A stretch of DNA of 64,000 nucleotides from Octopus vulgaris. Taxonomy: Eukaryota. The notes under the pieces were generated by a model. The model was not told where the DNA came from. It was given only the letters and a program-made list of their open reading frames with translations, and ran no database searches. A program made the position numbers and the translations under genes. How positions within the stretch are numbered: the stretch's first letter is position 1; every line of letters begins with the position of its first letter. The stretch is from the NCBI GenBank assembly GCA_951406725.2, contig OX597815.1:25358001-25422000 (forward strand), read 5' to 3'. Below are positions 54,101 to 63,219 of the stretch, one piece after another.

Positions 54101-56908
54101 GAGGCTCAAGTGCCAGTAATGCGACGCTGGTAACGATCACGCCTGAATGGTGCCTTTTAAGTGCCACTGGCACGGAAGCCGGTTATCCGCTCTGTCAATG
54201 ATCACACTCATATGGTGCTCTTTGCACCTCGCTAGCATGGACACCAGTCATCGAATTTGATTTTGATTTTGAAGAAAAAATCCCACTCTTTACTTATCAT
54301 GATCAGTCGATATCTCTCTATATTTACCTTAGTCTTGACACTTACTCTGTCTATATGTATTAATTCTCATGCATTTCTTTCATTTTGTTTAAAACCTTGT
54401 GTTCTAATATTTACTTTCATTTTATCAAATGAGTACAAATCCTGTTTTCTGATTAGGTAAAAATGATCAAACGTTAAAGCTTTGTAATGTTTTGATTGAA
54501 ACTTGACAAACAATAGCTGATCATAAGTAGACATTTTGCTGTATTGATTTTTCAATCAATTGATGTTATTCACGAGGGAAAATTTTATGAGGTGTATCAC
54601 AAGTCACCCCACCCCAAAACAATTGAATTGCAAAATAGATATTTGTCATACTTACCCATATGCTTCAATTTTTATAGGTGGCATAAACATATATGAACAC
54701 AAATGCATCATCATCATCATCGTTTAACGTCCGTTTTCAGTGCTAGCATGGGTTGGACGGTTCGACCGGGGATCTGGGAAGCCAGGAGGCTGCACCAGGC
54801 TCCAGTCTGATCTGGCAGTGTTTCTACAGCTGGATGCCCTTCCTAACGCCAACCACTCCACGAGTGTAGTGGGTGCTTTTTACATGCCAGGGGAGGCTGG
54901 CAATGGCCACAATCAGTAGGTGCTTTTTACGTGCCACCAGCACGGATATAAGCATATATATGTGTGTGCATGTATTTATAGATACATGTTTAAATAAGTG
55001 CATGTACAGCTGTATATTATTTCCATTCAGTAGATAAACATATTTCTCTATAAGTAATGTAAGTTGTTTATCACTATTGTTTTCTGTTATACATGCTTGA
55101 CCAAATGTTTTTATCTTTATATTACAGATTATTAGACATTGTTGCATATTACCATAAACACTATCTGATCTGGCAAGAAGTCATTGATAACAAAGCTACA
55201 GTTTGTATAAGTTCCTCTTTTTCTCCCTCTCTCTCTTTCCTTCCCTCTTTTTTCCCCTCCCTTCTCTCTCCTGCTCCCCACTCTCTTTCAAGAGAAGAGG
55301 ATAGGCAGCACTTCATGATCTTTTACAGAACTTCTGTGACTGGTTGATGAAGGGAGGAAGTAATCCCCAGATCAGAGATATACTTTTCCAACTAAACGCT
55401 TGCATGCTTAAGACAGAGCACCCCACCTCATTTCTTTTATGTAATATGTGTTCTCATATCGTATCAGTTGATAGTGGGTTGATCAACTGAGGGATGACTG
55501 GCTCATTTCCTGGTAATAAGTCATGTCCATGTCCAATACATCATCATCATCATCATTTAGCGTCCGCTTTCCATGCTAGCATGGGTTGGATGGTTGAACT
55601 GGGGTCTGGGAAGCCAGAAGGCTGCACCAAGTCCAGTCTGATCTGGCAATGTTTCTACGGCTGGATGCCCTTCCTAACGCCAACCACTCCGTGAGTGTAG
55701 TGGGTGCTTTTTACGTGCCAGACGGGGCTGGCAAACGGCCATGGTCGGATGGTGCTTTTTACGTCCCACTGGCACGGGGGCCAGGCGAGGCTGGCAACAG
55801 CCACGATCGGATGGTGCTTTTTATGTGCCACCAGCACGGGGGCCCGGCGAGGCTGGCAACGGCCACAATCGGATGGTGCTTTTTATGTGCCACTGGCACG
55901 GAGGCCCGTCTGGGTGGCGTTGGCAGCGGCCATGTTCGGATGGTTCGCTTACATGCCACCGGCACTGGTATCACAGCTACACTTAACTATTAATATACCA
56001 ATGATGTAACACTGTGAATATGGCAAATAAAATCTGAGTAAATCTATCACTCCTTATCAGCTAAATCTTCCAGAAAAAAAGGGAGAAGCACTGGGCATGC
56101 ACACCCTTGTGACATCCTTTAACACTTTAGAACAGTGTTCTCCAACCTTTTTTATACCACAGACCGGCTTCATGCAGGACAATCTTTCTGCAGACTGGTA
56201 GTGCATTTAATTTAAGTGCATTTTGAGAAAGAGAACAGTGATAATAAGAGCAATTTATTAAAGAAGAAAAAATGTATAATCTTTTGATTCTCATGTACTG
56301 AAATCCTTAAAAATCTGAAAATTAGTTAGGATTTGAAAATTAGCTGAAAATTATTACAAATAATTAAAAATTACATTGATTGTAAAATGTCTTTACAGTT
56401 ATGATAGATTGTCAAGATAGAAGTAAAATATGTATTAATTATAAAAATATACATTAATTATAAAATGTACTTACAGATATGATCGATTATCAAGATAGAC
56501 ATAAAACATGCATTAATTATTAAAATATACATTAATTATAAAATGTACTTACAGATATTGATAGATTGTCAAGATAGACGTAAAATATGCATTAATTATA
56601 AAAATATACATTAATTATAAAATGTCCTTACAGGTATGATAGATAGTATTGAGTAGATGAATATTCCATATTTAAATAAATCTTTCAAGATTAAAGTCCA
56701 ATATTCACTTCATCTATTGTATAATTTTAGACAGGTTCATTATTTCTTTGCTGCCCAGTAGCAAATGATCCACAGACTAGTACTGGTCTATAGCCCAGCG
56801 GTTGGGGACCTCTGTTTTAGAAGACATCTCATACAAATGTACACATACGAACTCTAACTCTTTCTCCCTTTTTCTCTCATTCTTTCTCTCCTCTATACTT
56901 GTTTCTCA

Positions 56909-56956
<48 letters not shown>

Positions 56957-59900
56957 TCATCATCATCATCATAGTTTAACGTCCGCTGTCCGCGCTAGCA
57001 CGGGTTGGACGGTTCGACCGGGTCTGGGAAGCCAGGGGCCGCTCCAGGCTCCAGTCTGAATCTGGCAGAGTTTCTACGGCTGGATGCCCTTCCTAACGCC
57101 AACCACTCCGTGAGTGGATTGGGTGCTTTTTACGTGCCACCTGCACAGGGGCCGGAGGGTCCGGCATCGGTCACGATCGGTTCGAGCTTTTAACGTGTCA
57201 GCGGCACGGGGGCAACGAGGTCCGGGGTACTTTGGGGATCGGGGTACTTTGGGGATCCAGGGTACTTTGGGGATCCGGGGTACTTAGAATGGGTAGGGGG
57301 TAAGTGGAATTGCTGCAGAAAGCAGCCCGGGTCTTTGTAGTCACAGCATATCTCCAGAGATCTCTGTCCTTCCCCATTGCCTCAGTGAGGCCCAATGCTC
57401 TGAGGTCATGCTTGACTACCTCATCCCATGTCTTCCTGGGTCTACCTCTCCCCCTGATACCTTCAACTGTTTGGGAGTGGCACTTCTTCACACATCTCTC
57501 TTCATCCATCCGCAGCACATGACCATACCATCGCAAGCGTCGCTCTTGCACACCACATCTGATGCTTCTTATATCCAGCATTTCTCTCAGGATGCTTACA
57601 CTCTGTCTTGCATGCACACTGACACTACACATCCAACGGATCATGCTAGCTTCATTTCTTTCAAGTCTACGCATGTCTTCTGCAGTCACAGCCCATGTTT
57701 CATTACCGTGGAGCATGGCAGTTCGCACACATGCATCATACAATCTACCTTTCGCTCTGAGGGAGAGACCTTTTGTTGCCAGTAGGGGTAGGAGCTTTCT
57801 GAACTTTGCCCAGGCTATTCGTATTCTAGTGGTGATACTCTCTGTGCATCCACTTCCGCTACTAACTTGGTCACCCAGGTAGCGGAAACTATCAACTACT
57901 TCTAGTTTCTCTCCCTGGAGTGTGATGGAATCTGTTTTCTGAGTGTCTGTTGTGTCTATTGTCCCTGTGCATCTGCCGCATATGAAAGCTATCTTATCTG
58001 TTAATTTCCCTTTAATGTTGCTGCACCTCTTATGTGTCCATAACTTACATTGGGTGCATCTTATGGAGTTTCTACCTGTACCTTTCCTACAGGTTGAGCA
58101 GGGCCACCTACCCGAGGGGGTGTGTGCTGAGTACCTCTTGCTGCTTACTAATACTTTGGTCTTTGCTACATTTATTCTAAGGCCCTTTGATTCCAACCCT
58201 TGCTTCCACACCCGAAATTTCTCTTCTAGTTCCGGTAGTGATTCTGCTATGAGAGCTAGGTCGTCGGCATAGAGGAGCTCCCAGGGGCATCCCGTTTTGA
58301 ATTCCTCTGTTATTGCCTGAAGGACTATGATGAATAAAAGGGGACTGAGGGCTGAGCCCTGGTGCACACCTACTTCTACCCGGAATTCTTCACTATATTC
58401 GTTGCCAATCCTAACCTTGCTGACAGCCTCTCTGTATAGAGCCTGTACAGCCCTTATTAGCCATTCTTCAATCTCCAGTTTCCGCATCGACCACCAGATA
58501 AGGGAACGGGGAACCCTGTCAAAGGCTTTCTCCAAGTCTACAAAAGCTATGTAGAGGGGTTTATCTTTAGCTAGGTACTTCTCCTGCAGTTGTCGGACCA
58601 GGAATATAGCATCAGTGGTGCTTCTACCTGGTACAAAACCGAACTGCATTTCATCTAAACAAATTCTCTCCCTAATGAGATTGGTTATGACCTTCTCTGA
58701 GACCTTCATCACCTGGTCCAACAGTTTGATACCTCTGTAGTTATTTCTATCAAGAGCATCACCCTTACCCTTGTAGCAGTTGACTATGGTGCTGCTGCAC
58801 CAGTCATTGGGTATGACTCCATTGTGAACTACCTGGTTTACAATGCGGGTGACTATGGCATAGCCCACATAGCCAGCTGTTTTAAGCATCTCAGCAGTGA
58901 TTCCTGATAGGCCAGGGCTTTGCCTGGTTTCATATCCTTAATTGCCTTATCTACAAGGGAGCTGTCTATTCGGGTAGCTGGTCCCTCTACTGGGTCAACA
59001 TTTGGCAGGCTCTCCTCCTCCCATTCATTGTCCTCATTCAGCAGTCTTTCATAATGGCTTCTCCAAGCCTCTTTCTTTTCACTAGTAGTAAAAGCAAGTG
59101 CCCCATCATCCATGCGGACACATTTCTCTCCTATAACATCGCTATTTTCTCTGACACACTGTCTGGCAATCCGAAATACTTCAGCTCTTTGATCCTCGCG
59201 ACACTGGACATTGGCAAACTTCTTCTTTTCTGCTACATCTTTGGCAATGTATACCTGCCGCCCAGCCTCCCTTTTGGCTATCTGGTACAGTTCCCTGCTG
59301 CCCCCATCCTTCCAGGCTTTCCAGGCCCGTCTCTTTTCACAGATGGCTTTATCTACTGCACTATTCCACCACCACGTAATTCTAGGTCTGGAAGGGACTT
59401 TGCACCATCCACAGACTTGGTCTGTGGCACTCAGCAAGCTGTCCCGTAGGAATTCCCAGCTACCTTCTATGTCTGACGTCTGAAGCTCCTCCTCCCTCTC
59501 ATCAAATTTCTTGATGAGTATGTCCCTAAATTTCTGACCATGCGAAGGGTTCTTTAGCCTCCAAATCCTTCTTTTCTGGATTGGTTTGTTTCTTGGAGTC
59601 CTTCTGGCCTCAAGCTTAAAGTCACTGATGATTAGTCTATGCTGAGGGATACATTCTTCACCCGGGAGGGTCTTTGTATTCAAGAGCAACCCTGCATCCC
59701 GTTGTCTGGTGAGGATGAAGTCTATTTGGCTAGCGGAGTCTCCTGACTGATAAGTTATAAGGTGGCAGACTGGCTTCTTGAAGTTAGTGTTGCAGATTGA
59801 AAGGTTACATGCATCACAGAATTCCAGCAGTCTAGTTCCCTCATCATTTCTGGTGCCAATACCATAGCCACCATGTACCCCAGTGAAGATACCCGATTCC

Positions 59901-61760
59901 CGCCCAACATGCCCATTAAAATCTCCACCTACAAAGATGAGGTCCTTGTTACTAGTCTTTGAAGTAGCCTGCAGAAGGGTATCATAAAAGTTGTCCTTCT
60001 GATCATTTGGTAGTCCCGCTTGTGGGGCATAGGCTGAGATAATCATAGCTGTGCCACTCTGTAGGACCAACCTGAGCTTAAGCACTCTATCACAAACCCT
60101 GACAACCTCTATGACCTTATCCACCCATTCCTCCGCAAGGAGAATGCCTACACCCCTTACACCTTCCGCGTTACCTTGCCAGTAGAGTTTGTACCTAAGT
60201 GCCTTGCCCGTGAGGACCCTAGCCGAAGCATCTCTCCATCTTACCTCTTGTATGCAGCATACATCAACCTGTCTTCTCTCTAGCATCTCTACAATCTAAC
60301 TAGACTTGCCTGTCAATGTACCAACATTGATAGTGCCAACTCTGAAAACTGGGAAGGAGATGTGGGGGGGACGGGGGGATTCGGCGCCTGAGAAGAGGAG
60401 GGTTGTTGTGGTGGTGATAGTTTTCGTGGTATTTTTCTTTTGATAAAAAGTACTATTTTCTCAATTTTACCTGTGATTTTCAATGTTAGCTTGTTTAAGA
60501 CCCCCCTCTCTCTCTCTTTCAGAGAGGCACTGAGCACCTACACGCACATATGCACACACGGCAGTAACTTCCGCCTACCGAATTCAATCACAAAGCTTCG
60601 GTCGACTCGGGGCTATAGTGGAAAACACCTGCCCAAAGTGCCACGCAGTGGGACTGAACCCAAAACCATGTAGCTAGGAAGCAAGCTCCCTAACCACACA
60701 GCAATGCCCACGCCTACAAAAAAAAATGTATGCACATATATGCAGTGCTACGCACGTGGCAGGTTTTCTACGGCCGGATGCCCTTCCTGACGCCAACCCC
60801 CACTGAAAATGCATACAGTTGTATATGTTGTTTAACCCCTGCTCAGTTCTGATTGAAAACAGGCATATGATCAAAGACATTCCAACTTTAAGATGATGTG
60901 AGATTTAAGGAAAAATTGGCTAGTATTTCTAGCAGTTTGAACAACCATCTAGTGGCACACTTGTTGGCTCATGCATTCACTTAATGTTGGAGTAAATATC
61001 CTGCAGCCTGAATGTCTTCCTGCTTCTAACCAGTGGTTCATGTTAACAGTAAAATTGACTAAGACAAGTACAACCACATGGCTTGAACCATGAGCATAAA
61101 GAATATCTATAACAATGTTTATACTTATCATCATACAGACACTATACTTTTTATATGGCAGAAACGTTAGCACACCGGGCGAAAAGCGTAGCCGTATTTC
61201 GTCTGGCATTACGTTCTGAGTTCAAATTCCGCCGAGGTCGACTTTACTTTTCATCCTTTCGGGGTCGATAAATTAAGTACCAGTTACGCACTGGGGTCGA
61301 TATAACTGACTTAATCCGTTTGTCTGTCCTTGTTTGCCTCCTCTATGTTTAGCCCCTTGTGGGTAGTAAACAAATAACTATACTTTTTATTATTGTTAAC
61401 ATTAGATATTCATACACTATACCCTATATTTTGTAAACTTGCAGGCAAAGAAAAATCAGTGGCTCCTGATTAATAAACAACTCCTTTATTTTCATTTAAT
61501 TTCATTTCATCTTATGTAAAATAAAAACATTTTACTTTGATTTAAATATCTAATCTTAATCATTGATGCATGAATAATTTCTATTCAGGTTCAAAATGAT
61601 ACTGTGGTACATGTCTGGAAAAGTGGCTACAAGAACGAATTAGCAAAAGTTACAAGCCTGGGTTATCAAGCACTACTTTCCTCATGCTGGTATCTTAACT
61701 ATATTTCTTATGGATCTGACTGGCAACGATATTATACTTGTGATCCTCAAGATTTTTCTG
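13711..61760 (+). CDS. HEXA/HEXB: Beta-hexosaminidase (GH20, lysosomal HEXA/HEXB-like), spliced gene; 9 coding exons in window, 3' end beyond window
   Basis: Exons 13711-14071, 33791-33906, 37384-37494, 39676-39777, 44796-44904, 49185-49389, 52163-52249, 55128-55200 and 61589-61760 join in frame through GT-AG introns (1336 nt). Motifs: [65 protein letters not shown], catalytic Hx[17 protein letters not shown]. Confidence 0.96.
14455..14848. repeat. Head-to-head inverted pair of tRNA-head + degenerate hammerhead elements
   Basis: Arms about 14455-14646 and 14660-14848; each reads tg(g/a)cgtag(a/t)ggttaag...ccccaagac.c(t/g)ga.gaaggc...ag(c/a)cg..ac outward. Confidence 0.8.
15048..15761. mobile_element. 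hAT MITE with a nested second MITE (about 15318-15646)
   Basis: cagcgccggatta / taatccagccctg; TSD ccgccaag/tcgccaag; internal inverted ends cattttcgagcacggggattctgatt / aatcagaatctccgtactcgtaaatg. Confidence 0.8.
15850..17410 (-). mobile_element. Degenerate Gypsy/Ty3 pol fragment (RT-RNaseH-integrase order)
   Basis: FSKIDL and MPFGL-like RT remnants, [26 protein letters not shown] RNase [26 protein letters not shown] integrase. Confidence 0.88.
17890..19330 (+). mobile_element. Degenerate RTE/BovB-like LINE RT fragment
   Basis: [43 protein letters not shown], with frameshifts. Confidence 0.85.
20665..21985 (+). mobile_element. Degenerate RTE LINE RT fragment interrupted by a SINE trimer
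   Basis: [18 protein letters not shown] before the SINEs; [25 protein letters not shown] resumes after 21780. Confidence 0.75.
21043..21767 (-). mobile_element. Tandem trimer of tRNA-derived SINE family C (246-bp period)
   Basis: Three copies of ggcg.gagctggcagaatcgttag...gagttcaaattccgccgaggtcgactttgcctttcatcctttcggggtc...aaagaaatagg, each junction carrying acagaatac. Confidence 0.92.
22350..22725 (+). mobile_element. tRNA-derived SINE family D (head resembles tRNA-Arg)
   Basis: A box tggcccagtgg, gactcgcgg anticodon-like arm, B box gtttcgattcc; tail shared with 25010-25275. Confidence 0.75.
23278..23376. repeat. (CT)n microsatellite
   Basis: Direct reading. Confidence 0.95.
23604..24203. 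repeat. Inverted duplication (about 255-bp arms, about 87-nt spacer)
   Basis: 23604-23860 is the approximate reverse complement of 23948-24203. Confidence 0.92.
25010..25275 (+). mobile_element. tRNA-SINE with CORE-like centre
   Basis: tggtttagtggtta...gagttcaatacc...tgtccttgaacaagacactttatttcatgttgctccagttcactca; same centre at 17505-17640 (+) and about 41055-41175 (-). Confidence 0.7.
25290..25920 (+). mobile_element. Degenerate Dong/R4-like non-LTR fragment (zinc-knuckle region)
   Basis: [18 protein letters not shown]...C...[12 protein letters not shown] matches the R4/Dong pattern upstream of RHD. Confidence 0.7.
26425..27341 (+). mobile_element. Non-autonomous Helitron with a duplicated 5' segment
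   Basis: Start tatatataaaagtgaagttg repeated at about 26948; 3' hairpin cccgagcaacgccagg followed by CTAG|T at 27338-27342. Confidence 0.8.
28979..29073 (-). ncRNA. Minimal type-I hammerhead ribozyme (Penelope type), intact core
   Basis: Minus strand: UGCGG-CUGAAGA-GGGCUUU...AAAGCUC-GAAA-C-AUAU-GUA^CCGCA. Confidence 0.8.
29275..29369 (+). ncRNA. Minimal type-I hammerhead ribozyme, mirror copy with two substitutions
   Basis: UGCGG-CUGAAGA(29280)-GGGCUUU...AAAGCUC-GAAA(29353)-C-AUGU-GUA^CCACA. Confidence 0.7.
29519..29690. mobile_element. MITE with about 50-bp TIRs
   Basis: tagaatgatacaaataagat..gaatgcagattgccattagaacagca / tgctgttctaatggcaattttgcattc..atcttattcgtatcattcta. Confidence 0.75.
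30863..31255 (+). mobile_element. Non-autonomous Helitron (same termini, different interior)
   Basis: 5' TC..tataaagctgaagttg; 3' gcaatgccaggcgatactgCTAG|T. Confidence 0.75.
31772..32232 (+). mobile_element. tRNA-derived SINE family A with a 90-bp foreign patch
   Basis: Family A head and tail; 32069-32161 is foreign to the other copies. Confidence 0.9.
32663..32892 (+). mobile_element. SINE family C
   Basis: Full copy; further copies at about 38309-38542, 61157-61375, 61923-62151 and a partial one at 22070-22215. Confidence 0.88.
33791..33906 (+). CDS. HEXA/HEXB: Hexosaminidase coding exon 2
   Basis: tttag| (Y)[38 protein letters not shown] |gtaagt. Confidence 0.96.
34150..34370. mobile_element. 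piggyBac-like MITE (extra left end at about 34067)
   Basis: TTAA|CCCTTTCGTTAC...GTAATGAAAGGG|TTAA. Confidence 0.8.
35625..36032 (-). mobile_element. tRNA-derived SINE family A
   Basis: Full copy. Confidence 0.9.
37384..37494 (+). CDS. HEXA/HEXB: Hexosaminidase coding exon 3
   Basis: ctgtag| [37 protein letters not shown] |gtaaga; 111 nt. Confidence 0.97.
37712..37913. mobile_element. MITE with about 42-bp TIRs
   Basis: gtgaagcatatttgccacttaaatgtggctaacccttaagggtggatgct / agcatccacccttaaggattagccacatttaagtggcaaatatacttcac. Confidence 0.8.
39676..39777 (+). CDS. HEXA/HEXB: Hexosaminidase coding exon 4
   Basis: tttag| [34 protein letters not shown] |gtaaat; 102 nt. Confidence 0.97.
40423..40563. 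mobile_element. Tc1/mariner-type MITE
   Basis: aggttgtcccaaaagttcgta / tacgaacttttgggacaacct with TA flanks. Confidence 0.8.
41593..43808. repeat. Tandem duplication, two units of about 1.11 kb
   Basis: 41593-42698 matches 42705-43808 with about 5 substitutions and a 2-nt (TC)n difference. Confidence 0.97.
42273..42643. mobile_element. hAT-like MITE (second copy at 43383-43753 created by the tandem duplication)
   Basis: TIR ggatcttttc / gaaaagatcc; 8-bp TSD tcaccacc/tcaccatc. Confidence 0.75.
44274..44656 (-). mobile_element. tRNA-derived SINE family A
   Basis: Full copy about 140 nt upstream of exon 5. Confidence 0.9.
44796..44904 (+). CDS. HEXA/HEXB: Hexosaminidase coding exon 5
   Basis: aacag| [37 protein letters not shown] |gtacgt; 109 nt. 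Confidence 0.97.
45616..46130 (+). mobile_element. CR1-type LINE 3' fragment with (ATT)n tail
   Basis: [32 protein letters not shown]...D..TRGH..FFTLRV..WNKLP; tail gtgcacctgagcactgtacac(att)n. Confidence 0.9.
46973..47100 (+). repeat. Diverged duplicate of the intron 4 3' end and first 7 nt of exon 5
   Basis: Matches 44242-44273 plus 44675-44802, including tgttctgacttc.ttaacagGGAGCAT. Confidence 0.85.
49185..49389 (+). CDS. HEXA/HEXB: Hexosaminidase coding exon 6 (catalytic HAGGDE)
   Basis: tttag| [17 protein letters not shown]...[42 protein letters not shown] |gtaagt; 205 nt. Confidence 0.97.
50125..50953 (+). mobile_element. Mariner transposase C-terminal fossil split by a SINE
   Basis: [13 protein letters not shown]...[11 protein letters not shown] |SINE 50262-50706| LFP...LAG...WKKCV...EK*, then a TIR-like end gaacttttcaaccaatcctc. 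Confidence 0.85.
50262..50706 (+). mobile_element. tRNA-derived SINE family A
   Basis: Full copy inside the mariner fossil. Confidence 0.9.
50960..51365 (+). mobile_element. tRNA-derived SINE family A
   Basis: Full copy. Confidence 0.9.
51582..51882 (-). mobile_element. 3'-truncated SINE family A with 12-bp TSD
   Basis: TSD cttactgaaatt at 51570-51581 and 51883-51894. Confidence 0.88.
52163..52249 (+). CDS. HEXA/HEXB: Hexosaminidase coding exon 7
   Basis: tatag| [28 protein letters not shown] |gtaagt; 87 nt. Confidence 0.95.
52690..53000 (+). mobile_element. Degenerate Penelope-like element GIY-YIG endonuclease C-terminal remnant
   Basis: FKATY..H...[15 protein letters not shown] and [14 protein letters not shown]...[14 protein letters not shown] across ORFs 52666 and 52791; matches the recalled PLE pattern LSKYIW.LK...C.LC..EK...LN.R.E...CRH. 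Confidence 0.75.
55128..55200 (+). CDS. HEXA/HEXB: Hexosaminidase coding exon 8
   Basis: tacag| [24 protein letters not shown] |gtttgt (weak donor); 73 nt, phase fits both neighbours. Confidence 0.92.
55539..55975 (-). mobile_element. 5'-truncated RTE 3' UTR copy (family B) with ~62-bp tandem subrepeats
   Basis: Matches the 3' UTRs of the RTEs at 12490-12757 and 56953-57200. Other copies at about 5945-6280, 20300-20655, 27985-28420, 33540-33722, 38960-39350, 48870-49050, 53719-54255, 54707-54945 and 62205-62345. Confidence 0.85.
56133..56814. mobile_element. hAT/Charlie-like MITE with an internal ~82-bp tandem repeat (about 3 copies)
   Basis: cagtgttctccaacc / ggttggggacctctg; TSD ctttagaa/ttttagaa; repeat unit aaaatgt..ttacag.tatgat.gatt.tcaagatag at about 56383-56640. 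Confidence 0.8.
56953..60714 (-). mobile_element. Near-intact RTE-clade LINE (APE endonuclease + RT with PHD-like Cys/His finger), 3' UTR ending in (GAT)n
   Basis: ORF 58853..60286 has APE motifs (IQEVRW, SAYAPQ, GDFNGH, IDFIL, QHRL). ORF 57198..58889 has RT motifs ([42 protein letters not shown]). One 1-nt frameshift near 58915 and one stop near 60297. Confidence 0.95.
57198..60345 (-). pseudogene. RTE endonuclease-reverse transcriptase ORF, split by one frameshift and one stop
   Basis: Reading KPGKA(P)[11 protein letters not shown] needs one more C at about 58915; [19 protein letters not shown] upstream. Confidence 0.9.
61589..61760 (+). CDS. HEXA/HEXB: Hexosaminidase coding exon 9
   Basis: ttcag| [58 protein letters not shown] |gtaagg; 172 nt. 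Confidence 0.96.
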
Positions 61761-61922
61761 GTAAGGAATTAAATTAACGCCAGTTTTTAATTGCATCCAT
61801 TTACATTCTGTGTTCAAATTGTTTTGGCTTCAACCTTGCTTTTCCTTTTATTTCCTTGACATAGATAAAATAAATACCAGTTATAAACTGGAGTTGATCC
61901 AACCATGCTATATAACAATAAA

Positions 61923-62151
61923 GGCGGCGAGCTGGCAGAAACGTTAGCGCACCGGGCGAAATGCTTATCGGTATTTCATCTCTTGTTACGTTCTGAGTTC
62001 AAATTCCGCCGAGGTCGACTTTGCCTTTCATCCTTTCGGGGTCGATAAATAAAGTACCAGTTTCGCACTGGGGTCTATGTAATCGACTTAATCCCTTTGT
62101 CTGTCCTTGTTTGTCCCCTCTATGTTTAGCCCCTTGTGGGTAATAAAGAAA
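61923..62151 (+). mobile_element. SINE family C with TSD
   Basis: Flanked by atataacaataaa at about 61910-61922 and 62154-62167. Confidence 0.88.
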
Positions 62152-62439
62152 CATATATAACAATAAACGTGTAATCTTGCTACATTGATAGAAACCAATT
62201 AATTACATTTGGTGCCATGTAAAAAGCACACATACTGGTGCCATAAAAGTACCTAGTATACTCTGTAAAGTGGTTGGCATCAGGAAGGGCATCCAGCCAT
62301 AAAAACCATGCCAGATGGAAAACGGAAGTTAAATGATGATGATGATTTACTATCATAAATTGATCACTGACAGTTTTTATCAATGATTGGAAATGAATGA
62401 CTGATTTAGCTATAGATTCAGAAAGAATGATTTTCTATC

Positions 62440-62925
62440 ATTCCTTAGAGCATAGGCGAGAAAGATATGCCATAATATACATCTGGAAGATCCTAGAAGG
62501 ACTTGTCCCAAACTTTGGCATCGAGAGTTACACAAATGCTAGAACTGGGCGCCACTGCATAGTGCCAAGGACTCCAAATTTGCCATCAAGATGTAGGACA
62601 AGATACTGTGATAGCCTGGGCTTCAGAGGCCCACAGCTCTTCAATATTCTCATGAAGAACCTGAGAGACATGCATAGGGTCGATGCAGATGTCTTTAAAA
62701 TAAAACTGGATCTCTTTTTGCCAGGTGTCCCAGATGAACCAACTTCATGGCAGGTGGTGCAGATGAGGGCAGCTGCATTGAACTCTCTCATGCACCAAAT
62801 GGCAATTGCTAAACAGCATTTGTGAACTAAAATCATGTAGCAACACCAAATGGCGGTGCCCCAGCATGGCCACATCTCCTGAGCTGAAACTAGATAAAAT
62901 AAATAAAAAAATAAATAAATAAAAT
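62440..62925 (+). mobile_element. CR1/L2-group LINE 3' fragment, probable partner LINE of SINE family A
   Basis: SLEHRRERYAIIYIWKILEGLVPN...GPQLFNIL...FKIKLDLFL..VPDEP; tail ggcggtgccccagcatggccaca...ctgaaac(taaa)n. Confidence 0.8.
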
Positions 62926-63219
62926 ATTGTTTTATTGCAAGGACAAGTGTTTCTCAAAAAACTAGGAGTGTGTGTGCATGCATATTTTTGAAGTTTTGAG
63001 AGAAGAGAGGATCCCTCTATTTCTTATGTTATTTTTTCCATTATACCTTACAACCTAATAAATAACAAGACTTTGTGAATAAAAAGAAAAAGAAGTTGAG
63101 CCTGTTTTAATTTAAACATCAATTCTTATTTTCTAAAATGATTTGTCTGTTGTACTCTTACACAAACAATATGTTCAATGTGACATAAGGATCTTGATTA
63201 GAAAATACAAGTAGATCTC

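Noticed and set aside
55700-55970. Repeat-spacer pattern resembling a CRISPR array (also 53880-54240 and 20455-20655)
   Set aside because: Spacers resemble each other, the array is part of an RTE 3' UTR, the context is a eukaryotic intron, and there are no cas genes.
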